Source: Octopus vulgaris (Eukaryota). From it: DNA of 64,000 nucleotides. Numbering within the stretch: the stretch's first letter is position 1; each line of letters starts with the position of its first letter. The stretch covers positions 38,378,001 through 38,442,000 of the forward strand of contig OX597825.1 in assembly GCA_951406725.2 (NCBI GenBank). Reading direction: 5' to 3'. The notes below the pieces were generated by a model that saw only the letters and a list, made by a program, of their open reading frames with translations, ran no database searches and was not told the DNA's origin. Made by a program: the position numbers and the translations under genes. Shown piece after piece: positions 10,052 through 21,993 of the stretch.

Positions 10052-12310
10052 TCAATCTTTCAACCAAACCTCTTTCTAACATAAAAATTGACATCCTCGC
10101 AAAAGGGCTCAAATTTACACCAACTCCACGCAGAGCAAACCTAAATGAACTCAAGGATAATATAACAGAATTTTGCAGAAAATTAAGACTAGCAGAAGCA
10201 TCAAACAGTTTCAATACTGAAGATGAATCACTTGTCAAGAACAAAAGTGAACACATCCCACACAGAGGAAGAAATAAAGATCTTGACGAATTCTGTAACC
10301 ACATTGAGAACTTCCCCTACCATACTATACATAAACAGAAAGCTAACCCAAATTTTAACAATACACAATGGAAAGAACTGATAGAACTCCAAAATGATGA
10401 AGATATAACCATTAAGGAAGCGGACAAGGGAAATGCAGTTGTAATAATGGATACATCATACTACAGAAATCTTGTAATTTCCTTGCTTGATGAAGACCTA
10501 CATTATGAAAAAATTACCAACTACACCCCACAAAAAATAATGAAAACTCTATCTTCACTAATTAAAACCCATGAAAAGGAACTGACAACCAAAGAGATTG
10601 ATTTCCTAACAAACTTTAAATGCAAACCTAGCCTTTTCTATGGTCTGCCAAAAATTCATAAAAGTCAAATTATAAATGAAACCATTAAAAAATCACCAAA
10701 GACATACATACACACAGCTAATCCGGGGGACCTAAAACTACGACCCATTGTAGCTGGCCCAACCTGTGAAACACACAGACTAAGTCTACTTATGGACATC
10801 CTCTTGAAACCCTTCCTTAAACATATCGATAGCCATATCAGAGATGACTTAGATATGTTAAACCACCTTCCAAAAAAACCAAGGAAGAAACAATCCTGGT
10901 TTCATTTGATGTAGTCAACTTGTATACCAGTATACCTCATAATTATGGACTGGAGGCAATACAATTCTGGTTAGACCAATTTCCGGAAGAAATACCAAAA
11001 AGGATCAGTAAGGAATTCATTACTAAATCAATTGAATTCATCCTACACAATAACCACTTCATGTTTGACAATACATTTTACCGTCAAAAATCCGGAATTG
11101 CTATGGGTACAAGGGCAGCACCAGTCATTGCGAACTTAACAATGGGATACATGGAAATAATCATTTACCAGGAATCTCTATCAATCTTTGGAAACTCCCT
11201 CTCTCAATACATAAAAGAGAATTGGAAACGATTCCTAGACGATTGTTTCATTCTCTGGAATGAAAACATAGATAAACTCCTAAAATTTAAAAACCTATTG
11301 AACAGCATAAACCCAAATATACAGTTCACAATGGAATACAACCAAAAGGAGCTCCCGTTCTTGGATATACTAATTAAAAAAATTAACCTTAAAATAGAAA
11401 CAGACATTTTTTACAAAGCCACAGACGCCAAACAATACCTTCTTTTTAATTCATGCCACCCAAGACACACTAAAACAAACATACCCTTCAACCTTGCAAG
11501 AAGGATATGCACAATAGTGTCAGAACAAAATACCAGGAACTTTAGACTGCAAGAACTCAAAAACACCCTAATTGACAGACATTACCCAGCTCAACTCATA
11601 GAGGATGGGATCAGACGTGCAACAGAAATCAACATAGAAACTTTAAGAAAAGTTCAACACAACAACACACCTTCCCCGAAAATACTACCTTACATATCTA
11701 CATACAACCCCAGAAACAAAGAAGCCTTCACCATCATCACCCAGAATTTACCAATACTTCATAAAAACCCAAAATTAAGGGAAATTCTAAACATACACCA
11801 AATCATTAAAAGCTACAAACAGCCTAAATCACTTAAAAGATTCTCACAAAGGCAAAATTGTCTTCTAAAATTACGGATGCAAAAGTAAAAAAATGTGGTA
11901 GATCGAACTGTGCAACATGTCCTAACCTATTGGAAGGATCAGAATTCTTCTTTAAAGAAGGACAGAAATTTAAGATCAAATCTAACTTTACTTGTGCCTC
12001 TGAAAACATAATTTATGTTATTAAATGCTCGGGCTGCCACCAAGACTACGTGGGTTCCACGGGACTATCACTCAGGCGCAGATGCACACTGCATCGACAA
12101 CAGATTGCATTCCCAGAATATAGAATGATACCTTTTAGTGAGCACATTGAGAAATGCGCAAAGCAACTACTGCCACAATTTTTAATCTTCCCATTTTACC
12201 AATGTGCTTTCGGATCATCAACACAAATGAGACTGAACAAGGAAACATTCTTCATTGAAAAGTACAAACCCAGACTCAACCATCCGAACATACTGACACA
12301 GAGAAATTAA
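9988..12310 (+). CDS. PLE ORF2: reverse transcriptase + Cys linker + GIY-YIG endonuclease (about 775 aa once two 1-nt homopolymer deletions near 10875 and 11837 are corrected)
   Basis: ORF pieces 10447..10914, 10920..11888 and 11858..12310 plus the open upstream frame (KIINLSTKPLS..LAKGLKFTPTP..IKEADKG). RT motifs FDV..LYTSI, MG..AP and FLDD. CX4CX2C linker and a GIY-YIG-like IIY..CxxC..YVG motif. Confidence 0.95.
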
Positions 12311-12444
12311 CAAGGAAATGGGAAAAAAATTTTTAAGCGATTATCTCCCCTACACCGGAAAAAATCACTCACTACCTCCCCTTATTTAGAAATCTCCTGA
12401 AATAAAAACAACGATAAATCCATGCAATATAAACATAACGTCAC

Positions 12445-12484
12445 AAGAAATTTGAAAAGCTACACGCGAAACCGGTAATTTCTT
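12445..12484 (+). ncRNA. Minimal type I hammerhead ribozyme, U3:A8 core variant (3' copy)
   Basis: Identical to 8454-8493. Confidence 0.78.
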
Positions 12485-12616
12485 TAAAAATTTAAAAATT
12501 ATGTCATTTTAAGGAAAGGAAAAAAATTTTTCCAATATTCTCCAGACATTTTGACACAAATATATATATCTTTTAACATTTAAGCCTTCTGTCGTTTTTT
12601 CACACTTTACTATTTT

Positions 12617-12618
<2 letters not shown>

Positions 12619-12673
<55 letters not shown>
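12619..12673. repeat. (TA)n microsatellite at the PLE right boundary (target site)
   Basis: Pure TA run, with a matching (TA)n at about 4914-4935 on the left boundary. Confidence 0.95.
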
Positions 12674-12676
<3 letters not shown>

Positions 12677-13308
12677 TATGCATGTGAGTATGTATGTATA
12701 TATATGTATTTATATACACACATACGTGCTATCATGTGCATATGGCGGTAATTTTCGTGCGACATCTCAGAATCCATAAAATAGACCACAAGACTTTCTG
12801 CCCTATCTAGAACGCATGAAATTGCATATTCCGTGTGGCTGAGAACAGTCGGAGCACTTCGAAGACAAAAATAATAGAAGAATTATATGAACCGAATCAA
12901 TATAAGACTTACCAACGTTACTAAATAATTTTAAGGTGGAAAGTGATCAAACAAATACGCTAGTAATACTCTCACACTTATCGATCAAAATTTAGCGCAT
13001 ATATTGGACAAATGAGAACAACATCGAGGTGAAGTTTTAAGCATTACGCGTAAGCATTATATTTCATTTTCGTTTGAATATTCAAGTCTTTATACCGTCG
13101 GATACTTCTCCTATGATATTTAGTTACAATACATTATTTGTAAATTCTAAATCAAGCGGATGTCTTTATTCCTCTTCATGAACACACAGTCACTATTATA
13201 AATGCAAATGATGTGTTCGGGTCGATGTAATCGACTGATCTATAGACTCATATCTGAGTCATTTCCCTTATGTAAGAATTCATTGCCATATCACTAACGT
13301 TCTTTCAA

Positions 13309-13428
13309 ATAATAATAATAATAATAATAATAATGATAATAATAATAATAATAAAAATAACAACAACAACAACAACAACAACAACAAAAACAACAACAAC
13401 AACAACAACAATAACAATAATAATAATA
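13309..13428. repeat. (AAT)n/(AAC)n compound microsatellite
   Basis: Direct reading. Confidence 0.95.
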
Positions 13429-13550
13429 GCTTCAAATTTTGGCACAAACCAGGGAGATCGGGGGAGAGATTAATCGATTACATCGGTCACAGTCTTAACT
13501 GGTAGTCTTAACAGTCTTAACGACTCCGAAATGATGAAAGGCAGAACAGT

Positions 13551-14330
13551 TTGAAAGGAAGGCACAAGACGTTAAGGACAATACAGCATCCTGGTCAGAT
13601 GCTTAAGCGAGGTGATTTGAAGCGTGCTACCAAAAGCCTGATTATTGCTGCAGAACATCAGGCTCTCTCTCCCAAGTCGATAAAAATTCTGACACCTAGA
13701 AATGCAGACTTTGTGGAAAGAGTATGGGAAATTTGAGCCACTTGGTAAGTTGATGTGAGGGCCTTGCACACACACACACAAAATACGATTAATAATGTGT
13801 GTATCTTCATCGGCTCTTATGCCGTAAACACCAATATGAAGTAATGGAGAACTACTATGCGCATGTACCAAGTAAAGTTATGCAGGAAGATGGAAAAGTA
13901 ACGATACGCTGGAACTATGATTTTGAGACGGATCGTATAATCGAATACCATCGGCCGGTTATTGTCATATTGAATAAGAAAGGCAAATAATATAAGATCA
14001 TTGATGGAGCCATACCAAATGATGTGAATAGTTTGAGTAAAGAGGTTGAAAAATCCCCAAGTATTCTGAATTCAAAGTGGAAATGGCAAGACTGTATGAG
14101 ACGAGAGAGGGTAATGTAAAAGTGATACCAGTGGTGATCGGAGCGTTTGGCTCAATCCCATTGAAACTTCAAGACTTCCTAAAGCAACTGGAAATCCCCT
14201 GCAAGATTGATGTCCTTTAAAAAGCAGCCTTATTGGGCACAACACGCACCTTGAGTAAAGTATTATCTGTCTGCGGTCCTTGTGACTTGGCAGATGATTA
14301 AAGACACGGTGTTACGGTGGAATAATAATA
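13551..14330 (+). mobile_element. Degenerate 3' fragment of an R4/Dong-like non-LTR retrotransposon (zinc knuckle + restriction-like endonuclease)
   Basis: LKRGDLKRATKSLIIAAEHQAL, CRLCG, WNYDFETDRIIEYHRPVIVI (RPD-type motif), IIDGAIP, VIPVVIGAFGSIP and KAALLGTTRTLSKVL. It ends in an AAT repeat. Confidence 0.8.
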
Positions 14331-14340
14331 TTAATCATCA

Positions 14341-14551
14341 TTTCTACTCTAGATGCAAGGCCTGAAATTTTGGGGGAGGGATCAAGTCTATTAAATTGAC
14401 CCCGGTGTTTCACTGGTGCTCAATTTATTGACCGCGAAAGGGTGAAAGGCAAAGTCGACCTAGGTGGAATTTGAACTAAGAACGCGCAAACAGACGAAAT
14501 ACCACTAAGCATTTTGCCAGGTGTAATACTGATTCTGTCAGCTCGCCGCTT
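14341..14551 (-). mobile_element. tRNA-derived SINE (family A; Nin/Deu-like central domain)
   Basis: Minus strand: GGCGAGCTGACAGAATC (A box-like) ... GTTCAAATTCC (B box) ... GTCGACTTTGCCTTTCACCC. More than ten related copies occur in the window. Confidence 0.8.
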
Positions 14552-14553
14552 TA

Positions 14554-14554
<1 letters not shown>

Positions 14555-14630
<76 letters not shown>
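14555..14630. repeat. (AAT)n microsatellite
   Basis: Direct reading. Confidence 0.95.
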
Positions 14631-14631
<1 letters not shown>

Positions 14632-14740
14632 CCGAACGTGACCTAGATTAAACAGAACAGATATTTAGTGGGGGTATCGCAATAGAATTTGGGACTAAAA
14701 AGTGCGGTTTCTATACTATAAAAGAGAAAGTTGCTTATTA
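14631..14740 (+). mobile_element. Small R4/Dong-like RT fragment
   Basis: TEQIFSGGIAIEFGTKKCG parallels TLQMFNKDIGREYGISKCV in the 60 kb relic. Confidence 0.45.
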
Positions 14741-16693
14741 ATTAGGTACGTCACAATTCTTAAAAGTCCTAAAAGAAAGCAATTATTAATGGGTTGACCG
14801 TCTGGAAATAGTTTTATAAATTCTTGTTTCCAATAATTTCGATTTCTCAAGTTTCTTGAATATTTTAAACTCCATTTTCTCGAAAATTTAAATATTCAAT
14901 GCATTCACTGCGAAGTATTCCATTCCCATTTGCAACGTCTCTCCCTTTCTCTTTTAAGTTTTTATTCGCTATTTGGAAAAAATGACAGTTTATTCTATTA
15001 GTGCATACGTAATTTATTATTTCTTGAATGAAAATTATTTTATATAATCATATAATTTTTGAACGCGGGATACCTGTGAGAGGAGCCTAGAAAGTTCCCA
15101 AACATTGTGAACCACTGAGCCGATATATATATATATATATATATATACAAAAAAGTTGCACGAGCGACTTCAACCGTGACACACTCCCGCGAACATATAG
15201 ACAAAACATACACACAAAACAAAGGCAATGAATGTATGTGCGTGCGCGCCCACGTGTGTGTGTGTGTATGTGTGTGTGCGTGCGCTTGTGTGTGTGTGCT
15301 TGCTGTTCAGTGACAAACCTTCGGGCTGATTTACTTTTGCGAAGTTTTGTCAGTGAACAGGTCGTTGTTTCAAAGCGAAGAAAATATTTTGAGATATGAA
15401 ATTTTAATGTTGACGTGAAATTGGTAGTACTTAAATACAAAGTATTTTAAATGCTCGTTGTTTAGACGTGCTATGGCACCATAACCCTAACCCTAACTAA
15501 TCCTAAAACTAACGCTTCCGTTCGTATTGTAAGTTAGGTGCATCAGGATCTCTGTATTTAAGGAATGCTGTGAAACTAACGCTTTCTGGGTTCTTGAATG
15601 GCTCACAAACATCTACTCTGCAATTGTTTTTCTTTCAGCACACAATCTTAGATTGAATCTCTTGCTATAGAACTACATCGTAATTTTATAAAATCACTGT
15701 GAATAAATGCCAGCAATGACATTCTCTGGCTCTCTCATATTTTAATTTTTAAACAGAAACAATTTGGGGCAGGGAATGGTGTTGCAAAACATTCATAATT
15801 TCTTAAATTTTCTTTTTTATAGTATATAAATGTATTTATGGAGAAAAATATTAAAAACACCAATACATGCGAATGTGATAAAGAAAGAAGGGGGGTGGTC
15901 TTTGGATAAAGTAATACAAAAGCCAAATCGCTCTTAAATCACACAGTTTTCCCTCTGAAACTATTAACAATTTAAAAAAAATTGTACCGAAAATGCTCTT
16001 TCCATTGTTTTAAAGTGCAAAAAAGAAAAAAAAGAAAAAGAATTGGCTAAAATAGCTTCGGAATGGGATGATGAGGGAGGGGCGTTAAAAATGAGTTTAC
16101 AATACTTTTTTGATACAAAGATGCACCCCAAATTCATTATTTCGGAGGCTCTGGTTTAAAACATTGCGAAAAATTGCCTACAAATTTCTTTATAATCGTA
16201 ATGCCGTTCGAAAGGGATCCGTATACATTTTCATTAAAACATACCTATCTTCCTGATAGTTATGAGCGACAAAATCGTGTGAATTTTGCTAAACTCCTCT
16301 CTCCAGCACCTCGAAAAAAATCTTTCTCAAAAATCCCTATATACTCCGATGCCACAACAATGAAAAATACACACTAAGTAAGTGAGCAATATTATACAAA
16401 GAAATAATTAGACGTAAAATATAAAATTACAAGAATTGAGAATCAAATGTGAAAATATTATCAAGTACGCCTAGCTTAAACATTTAATCTAGGCGTACGT
16501 GTTGTTGAAGACATCGCCTAGCAAATTATCTTATTTTGTAAAAAGTCAGAAACCATGGTCCATGAGATAGATGGCAACTGTTTTTATTTTTCATTCCCTT
16601 CAAAATGTTTATCCCTAATAGTGGTTTTGAATTTGGCTGTTCCTTCTAGCGTCCCAGAATTCCTATGACGGATGCCTCTTGTGTTTAGATGTA

Positions 16694-16762
<69 letters not shown>

Positions 16763-16764
<2 letters not shown>

Positions 16765-18840
16765 AAGTATGAGAATTTACTTCACAGGTGATCTAAACGA
16801 TTAGGTACGCTAGGTAAGTTCTGTGTAAAGGCTTGTGTAATTTCGCATTGGTCAGTAAGGTCTTTAGAGATTTGGGTTGTCTGTTGCTTTTTTATTATTT
16901 TATGGGTTTCGAGTGCTTTTTTAACCGTGGGTCTTGATTCAACAGTTGGATGTTCTTGTATATAATCGTGGAAGCTTCTCTATTTCTTGGATGGTGTTTG
17001 AGAGATATGGGAGACTATTTAATGTAGTTTGAGTGTGTTTCTGTTTTTGTTAATATTGGATAAAAATTGTTTTGTCCCGTTCTATTCCTTTGTCAATTAT
17101 TGATGTTGGGTACCGTCTTTCAAGAAGAATTTCTGATACTTCTTGGAGTCTTTTATTTCGGATTTCATAATTTGAGACAATTGTACAGATTCTTCTCGCT
17201 AGATAGAAGGGGATGGTTGTATTCGTGCGCTTTGGGTGATTGGAGGTGAACAAGGGGTATTGTTTTAAATCATTCGGTTTGTATTGAATATCAGTTTCTT
17301 GTTGATGCCTTTTTATTAATAAGCATGTCTAGAAATGGGAGTTGGGCTTGACTATATTCCATTGTAAATTGGACATGTTTGTTGACATTATTAATTAAAT
17401 TTTTGAATCCATTGAGTTGGTCGAAGTGTGTGAGACCATAGAATAAAGCAGTCGTCCAAGTAGCGTTTCCAATTCTCCAACAGATATTGGTCGAAACACA
17501 GGCCGTATTTTAATTTGGATTGTTCATATATTTATGTGTCCACGTAGGCCGTCAACAGATTGGCATAATTTGGGGAAACTTTAGTACCCATTGTTGTCCC
17601 TGATACATGTTTGTGGGTATTATTATTAAAATTTAAAATGTTATTTTGGAGGATAAACTTAAGGCCCTCAATGATAAATTCATTTTTGATTCTTTCCAGA
17701 AACTCATTGGTGTATTTTTCTAGCCGAAAGTTAATGATTTCCACGCTGTATTGACGTGGAATCGTGGAATAAAGTTTTATCACATAAAAAATGACTATGA
17801 AAATGTTTTCATTAGCTTGTTTGAGGAGATAGTTTAGGAGAGGCAGGTCATCTCTTGCAATACTTGGTATGTGTTTAAGCATTGGTTTTAAGAGTATATC
17901 AATGAAGTTGCTACATTTGTGTGTTTCGAACTTTGGACCTGTCACATTTGATTTCAGCTTGAGATCGGTGGGGGTGTCGAGTAGAATTTGAGCAAATGTC
18001 TCAAATCATGAAAAAACAAAACTCCAAGAATGAAAGGAAATTCTACTCGAAATTCGGTACCCAGCATCATTAGTTGACAATAGAATAGAACAGGACAAGA
18101 CAATCGATATCCAAGACTTACGAAAACCGAAACACACTCAAGGTACAGTGATCTACGGAGGCCCGTAGAGGTTGCTGATTTTGCAATCAAAATTTGTTAA
18201 GTATTCACATTCTTTTTTCGTTAGGTTATTATGATGTTGGCAAATGAGTGTGTTTAGTTTCGACATCATTTTGAGTATTGTTAGTTGACTACTCTTTCAT
18301 GGTGGGTAGCTTCTTCTAAGTGGTGAGATACAGAATTTTTGTATTGTTCTGTGTCCATAATTACGATAGTACTACCCTTATCTGCTTCCTTAATTGTGAT
18401 GTTATGATTGTTTTGTAATTCGTGGATGATTTCCCATTCCCTTTTACTGGTATTGGCTTTGGGTTTAGATTGTGGTAGATCACTATAAGGGACGTTTGAT
18501 ACGTAATCACAATATTTGCCCAACGTTTTATTACTGCCTTTTGTATGATTGCAATTACTTTTATTGCATACCATTGATTCGTACTTATTATTTTCTTTGT
18601 CAAAAAATTCTTCTGTGAATCGTAATTTTCTACAGAAGTGTGGGACATAGTCATGTATTTCATTGAGGTCAGGGTATCGTGTGTCGGAGTAAATTTCAAT
18701 CCTTTTGAGAGAATTTTGTTTTTTGGGGGATTGACAGGTTGGCAGATTCACTATTTCTGGATTTCAGGGTTGGTATACACCATCTGGTGTTGTAGATTCT
18801 ATTGTGTTGAACTATAAACTGATTTCTGGACATTCTTATG
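16763..18840 (-). mobile_element. Degenerate Penelope-like element (RT region), related to the 5-12 kb family
   Basis: FCRKLRFTEEF, ITIKEADKGSTIVIMD, GPKFETHKCSNFIDILLKP, GTTMGTKVSPNYANL and SNHPKRTNTTIPFYLARRICTIVS, with many frameshifts and stops. Confidence 0.9.
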
Positions 18841-19849
18841 TTTATTAAGGATCAGCGACATAATTTTGCAATTTTCTGTGTCATACGCGTTTTGGTTAAA
18901 TGTACAATATGTAAAAATTTTAGTCATATAGTTCATATAAATTTACCTACTCATATAAAACAAAAGTAGTTTGGGCACTGTCATTTCATATTTTCAACAG
19001 ACATGATGTATAATGTTTGATATTATCCGATAATTCTGATCATATATAACAGAATAAAAATCGAAGGAAGTTATTGATAATAGACTTTTGGTTTAAGTTC
19101 AGGCATTTTGTTGGACGACACCTATATTATAATTATGCAACTTGGTTAGAGAATAGTAAGTAATATTGATTATTGGTAAAATATTTCACAGTTATACTAT
19201 GTTTTCCCTAACTGCTATAAAATAAAACTTTACTACATTCAAACCAGATCGGTTTACTTTTGAGAGCGGGACTCAGTATAGATTATAGTGCATTTTAAAT
19301 AATATGGTGGTTTTATTTTACATATAATGTATTTTGTGCAAAAATAATTTTGTTTTTTTTAATGAATTTCTAATTAGAAAATAACATCACTGTGTATTCG
19401 CTATCAGGTGAGAAGAAATAACTTAGATTGAATATATGCCACAATGTATGCGCATTAGAGTTATGATTAACAAAATATTTGCTGGCGTGTATATATGTAT
19501 GTGTATATATATGTGTGTGTATGTGTGTGTTCGTGTGTGCATTCGTGTCTGCACGCACGTGCATGAGTAATTACACCCACCTGCCAAATTTTCTGTCGAA
19601 GGCATTTCACGCAAAATATGTTGCACAACCGTGACTAGAGGAGAAACCAGTTGCCCAGGCTGCTGCAGAGTAAGATGGAATGCGGATCCACATTGTGGCA
19701 AAAGAAACTTCTAAATAAAAACATACTATAATTTGTCTTTTCACTCCAAGCACTTGGTTCAATTCACACACATATTGACGTCTCTATTCATTCTCACAGT
19801 GTAGATAAAATCACCATCAGAAATATAGCGTAGATGATTTAATAACCAA

Positions 19850-20820
19850 AGTCGTGCTTAACTGAAAATGAATATTATTTATGGAAGTAAAGCAGATTAC
19901 ATTCTTTAATAGTAAGTTAGCGGCGCATGAAGTAAATTTTGATAATTTTGAATGAGAATAAATTCAATGTAGTAATAGTAAGAAAGTTTATGTAAACTTT
20001 CTTGAACAATAAAGAGTGGGAGAAAATGACACAGTGAGGAGTAAATGTGTGATGAAGTGTAAATTATATGAGACGTATTCTGGTGTTAGTTTATACAATG
20101 TGAATGCTTGGTAAAACATTAAGGAAAAGAATTACTTTAGGAAGCTATAAACACCGTTGACAGTAAAATATGGTAACAGTATTTTAGTGAAGATAAGGAT
20201 AGTGAATATAGTAGAGATAATGATGATGATGTGAGGAAGAATAGAAGGGAAAGAAATGATGGTTAAGCTATTTTTGCACTGATGATGCTGCTTGTGAAAA
20301 AATTCTTTATGGTTTGTAATAAAGACAACGAAATTTTCTATAGCGTATAGAGGAATGCATTATTGATATTTTTATTTAAGCAATCGCGGTTTACCTCCAG
20401 AGATAGTGGTATCAGTGGCTGTTTTAGTAAGAGTTTTAGCAATATTCGGCACTATAGGTTTGTCACTAGTCATAGTAATGTTGCTTGGAAGATGTGAATA
20501 ACTTGATAAATATACATTATTTTTGTAACGAACAATGTTATGAAAAAGGTAAGGAAAATAAGATAAGAAACAAAAAATATTATACACTAAGAAATTTGGG
20601 ACATTAAACTTATTAGTTTTATGTGATTCAAAAAAGAAGACAATATGTTGGGTGGACAAAATTGTTGAAACAGTGGGGATGCTCTAAATTTCAGTAACAA
20701 TAGACAATAACCTATCTTCATTGAATATGACCCAGCTTTGAAAAAGAAAAAAATCTATAAAGCCGCTGCAAGTAGTTAAGAAATTTCCTGTAAGTTCTAT
20801 TGTCAATTTTTCCTAAATGT
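19850..20820 (-). pseudogene. Possible decayed intronless 7TM (class A GPCR-like) sequence
   Basis: Successive hydrophobic segments in broken minus-strand frames, e.g. STILSTQHIVFFFES, FLVYNIFCFLSYFPYLF, IISFPSILPHIIIIISTIFTILIF and FTPHCVIF. No intact signature motif. Confidence 0.25.
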
Positions 20821-21784
20821 TCTCAGGAGAAAATAGACAAAAAGTGACAAGATGAAAGCAATACAATCGATAAAGAAAATGTTTATCTGTTTTAATATTA
20901 TTCGAGATGAAGATTGTATTTGAAATTCCCAATATTTTTCTATTTTGATGTATCTATACATAATTGCGTTATTTTTTTAAATGCCCGGCGTATTCAGTTT
21001 TGAATTTGGTTACATATTGCTAGGTTATATTTCGCTCAGAGAGACAAGCACGAATCAGTTACAACTGGGTCAGTCTAATGTATGACTAATCGCCATTTCG
21101 TTCTGAATTATTGGCAGAGTTTTCCTGGCCTTCTAATAGAATTAATTTTCGTCGCTTTAGTTGACTTTGAAGTAAATATCTAATGCATCTGCTATACTTA
21201 AACGTTGGTGGTACTGTAATGTTGACAAGATTTTTCTCCAATATAATTACATACATCAACGCTTTCCTTTGAAATGTACTCACTTTTATAGCTTCTTGAA
21301 TGTTCTTTTTTATGTGAACAATGCCAATCACCAAACATGTGGTGACATAAATAATTTTTTAAACTGTTGTAATACGAAGGAAGAAAGTGCACAAAGCGGT
21401 TTAGTGCACTGAAATTAATGCAGAATTCTGACTGGGGCTGATGGTGGTTGTAGTGTTTGTAAAATGAAATGGTTCTGATTAGGAGTCTTATGATGAAGAA
21501 AATAACAAAATTCTTGATAAGACCATCATTTTTTTAATCACAAGTACTACATTATTCATACGCTTTCGTAGAATGGACATTATTTAACGCAAGTTTGATT
21601 CGTATATGGGTTTAGAGCCTTTGCTGTAAATGGCATAATATTGATAAAAGTAACATTTTTGTATTCCCAATAATTCTGCTTCAATGATAATGTGTTGATG
21701 TGTTTTTAAATACAGCTAATATGAAGTGAAAAGTATTCTGAGATGGGCATACCTTGAATTGTCGAATCTTTTGTTACATGTTGA

Positions 21785-21993
21785 TTTCAAATTTTGGCAT
21801 AAGCCCAACGATTGTCGGACAGGGGCATAGTCGACTACATCTACCCCAGTGCGTAATTGATATTTCTTTTTTCGACCTCGAAATGATGAAAGGCAAAGAC
21901 CACTCAGCGGAATTTGAACTCAGAACGTAAAAGCAAACGAAATACCGCTAAGCAGTTTGTCTGCTTGCTAAAGATTCTGCCAGCCTCCACCTT
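21785..21993 (-). mobile_element. tRNA-derived SINE (family A)
   Basis: Similar to 14341-14551 (gatgaaaggcaaag...ggaatttgaactcagaacg...gaaataccgctaagca...ttctgccagc). Confidence 0.8.

Larger units (their letters stand above)
4929..12625. mobile_element. Young composite Penelope-like element insertion (Neptune-type): inverted 5'-truncated copy + pseudo-LTR + full-length unit, inserted in (TA)n
   Basis: About 4980-8102 is a near-perfect reverse complement of 9498-12625. 8102-8634 directly repeats 12096-12625. Both outer ends run into (TA)n. It encodes RT and GIY-YIG domains. Confidence 0.97.

Noticed and set aside
14341-14551. tRNA gene calls for A/B-box sequences
   Set aside because: They are SINE heads and do not form a complete cloverleaf.
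15482-15512. TAACCCTAACCCTAAC telomere-like motif
   Set aside because: Only about 2.5 units. Such motifs are common inside interspersed repeats and are not evidence of a telomere.
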